Shown here one piece after another: positions 60,641 through 61,433 of a DNA stretch of 61,433 nt (positions within the stretch are counted from its first letter, which is position 1; the number at the start of each line of letters is the position of its first letter). Below the pieces are notes generated by a model that worked only from the letters and a program-made list of their open reading frames with translations, had not been told where the DNA came from and searched no databases. The stretch is from Neovahlkampfia damariscottae. Lineage: Eukaryota. Both the position numbers and the translations under genes were made by a program. The stretch covers positions 1-61,433 of the forward strand of contig JABLTG010000127.1 of the NCBI GenBank assembly GCA_016618085.1, in the 5' to 3' direction.

Positions 60641-61433
60641 ATGCAACAATGTTATTCAACTGAAGAAATAGTTGAGTTATCTATGAAAAAGGACGGTATT
60701 TCAGAAATGGATGCCATTTCACTCTTTAAGAATGATAAAAATTTTCTTTCATTAGTGGTTTCAAGTTCAAAATTTGATTATTTTTCTTCAACTTTATCAT
60801 CACTTCCTGAAGTCACTATTGAAGCAATGGAACAAAAAAGTTGGTAGAACAATCTTCATTAACAGAAGGTGTTTTATTTTCATCAAAAGATGTTCCAAAA
60901 GAAAACAAACAAGTTTCACATAAAACTGGTTTATCAAAAAAACAACTTGATACAGATGAAATTATTCGATCAAGAAAAATTCTTTTAAAACCAACAAGTG
61001 AACAAAAGAAAAAAAATACAAGAATGGATGAGAATTATTCGATTCGTTTACAATTTAACTCATCATTTTGTTGAAGATCTTGGATATGATGCAAATTTTA
61101 TGTCATTGAAAAAGAAAATTTTAAATGCAGATAAGAATCCAGAATCTTCAAAATACCCTTGGTTGTTCAATAGAAAATTGAAAAAAATACCACGAGATGC
61201 TTTAGATTATGCTATTCAGCAATATGTCTGTAATGTTCACAGTTCAACAGAAATTCTGAAAGAAAAACAAAAGAAAACAAACAAAAAAATCAAATTAGAA
61301 GCAAACATGAAAAAAAGAACTGAAAAAATGTCTCAAAGTGTTGGAATACCAGTCAATGGTGGTAAACCAAGTATTAAATGGAATGAAGAAGGATTTTTCT
61401 TTTGGCCATCTTATAAACTTGGAGCATTAAAAA
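60641..61433 (+). mobile_element. Fanzor/TnpB-like gene, N-terminal part, with two frame breaks; runs off the window
   Basis: Joined translation IRSRKILLKPTSEQKKKIQEWMRIIRFVYN...YPWL...IPRDALDYAIQQY...MKKRTEK.SQSVGIP resembles the OrfB/TnpB N-terminal module; the RuvC region is not in the window. Confidence 0.7.

Noticed and set aside
60998..61022. 25-nt GT-AG segment as an intron repairing the second Fanzor frame break
   Set aside because: Splicing would restore frame but delete the EQKKKIQE helix of the TnpB-like motif, and it is shorter than other introns here.
1..61433. Alternative genetic code or widespread frameshifting to explain fragmented ORFs
   Set aside because: Breaks in conserved genes (CSN5, guaA, CYB5, EB1, cyclophilin) are resolved by short GT-AD-type canonical GT-AG introns, and TAA, TAG and TGA all act as stops.

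Overview
AT-rich, gene-dense eukaryotic DNA with very short GT-AG introns (about 28-45 nt), small intergenic spacers and a CCAAT/ATTGG box just upstream of most start codons. The gene content (EGF-7TM-RGS receptor, DUF4116-like repeat kinase, DOMON proteins, Fanzor-like gene) suggests a free-living protist, most plausibly a heterolobosean (inference). Recognisable genes include CSN5, GMP synthase, class I aldolase, cytochrome b5, NAC-alpha, a subtilase, an elongase, a RasGEF, thioredoxin reductase, EB1, a cyclophilin and tRNA-Ser(UGA). The main discovery is at 27402-28247 (minus strand), which looks non-coding in the ORF track. It parses exactly into 23 tiny GT-AG introns separating 22 phase-0 microexons: twenty single-codon exons plus one 12-nt and one 6-nt exon. 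They are stop-free, rich in aromatic residues, and sit in the loop between ankyrin-like repeats, making this a candidate splicing-based system for diversifying a binding loop. Also notable: a frameshifted Fanzor/TnpB-like gene running off the right edge, a 25-bp pre-miRNA-like hairpin, a His-Me finger nuclease gene, a four-copy membrane protein array and an actin-like pseudogene. All domain calls are by eye from motifs; no searches were run.
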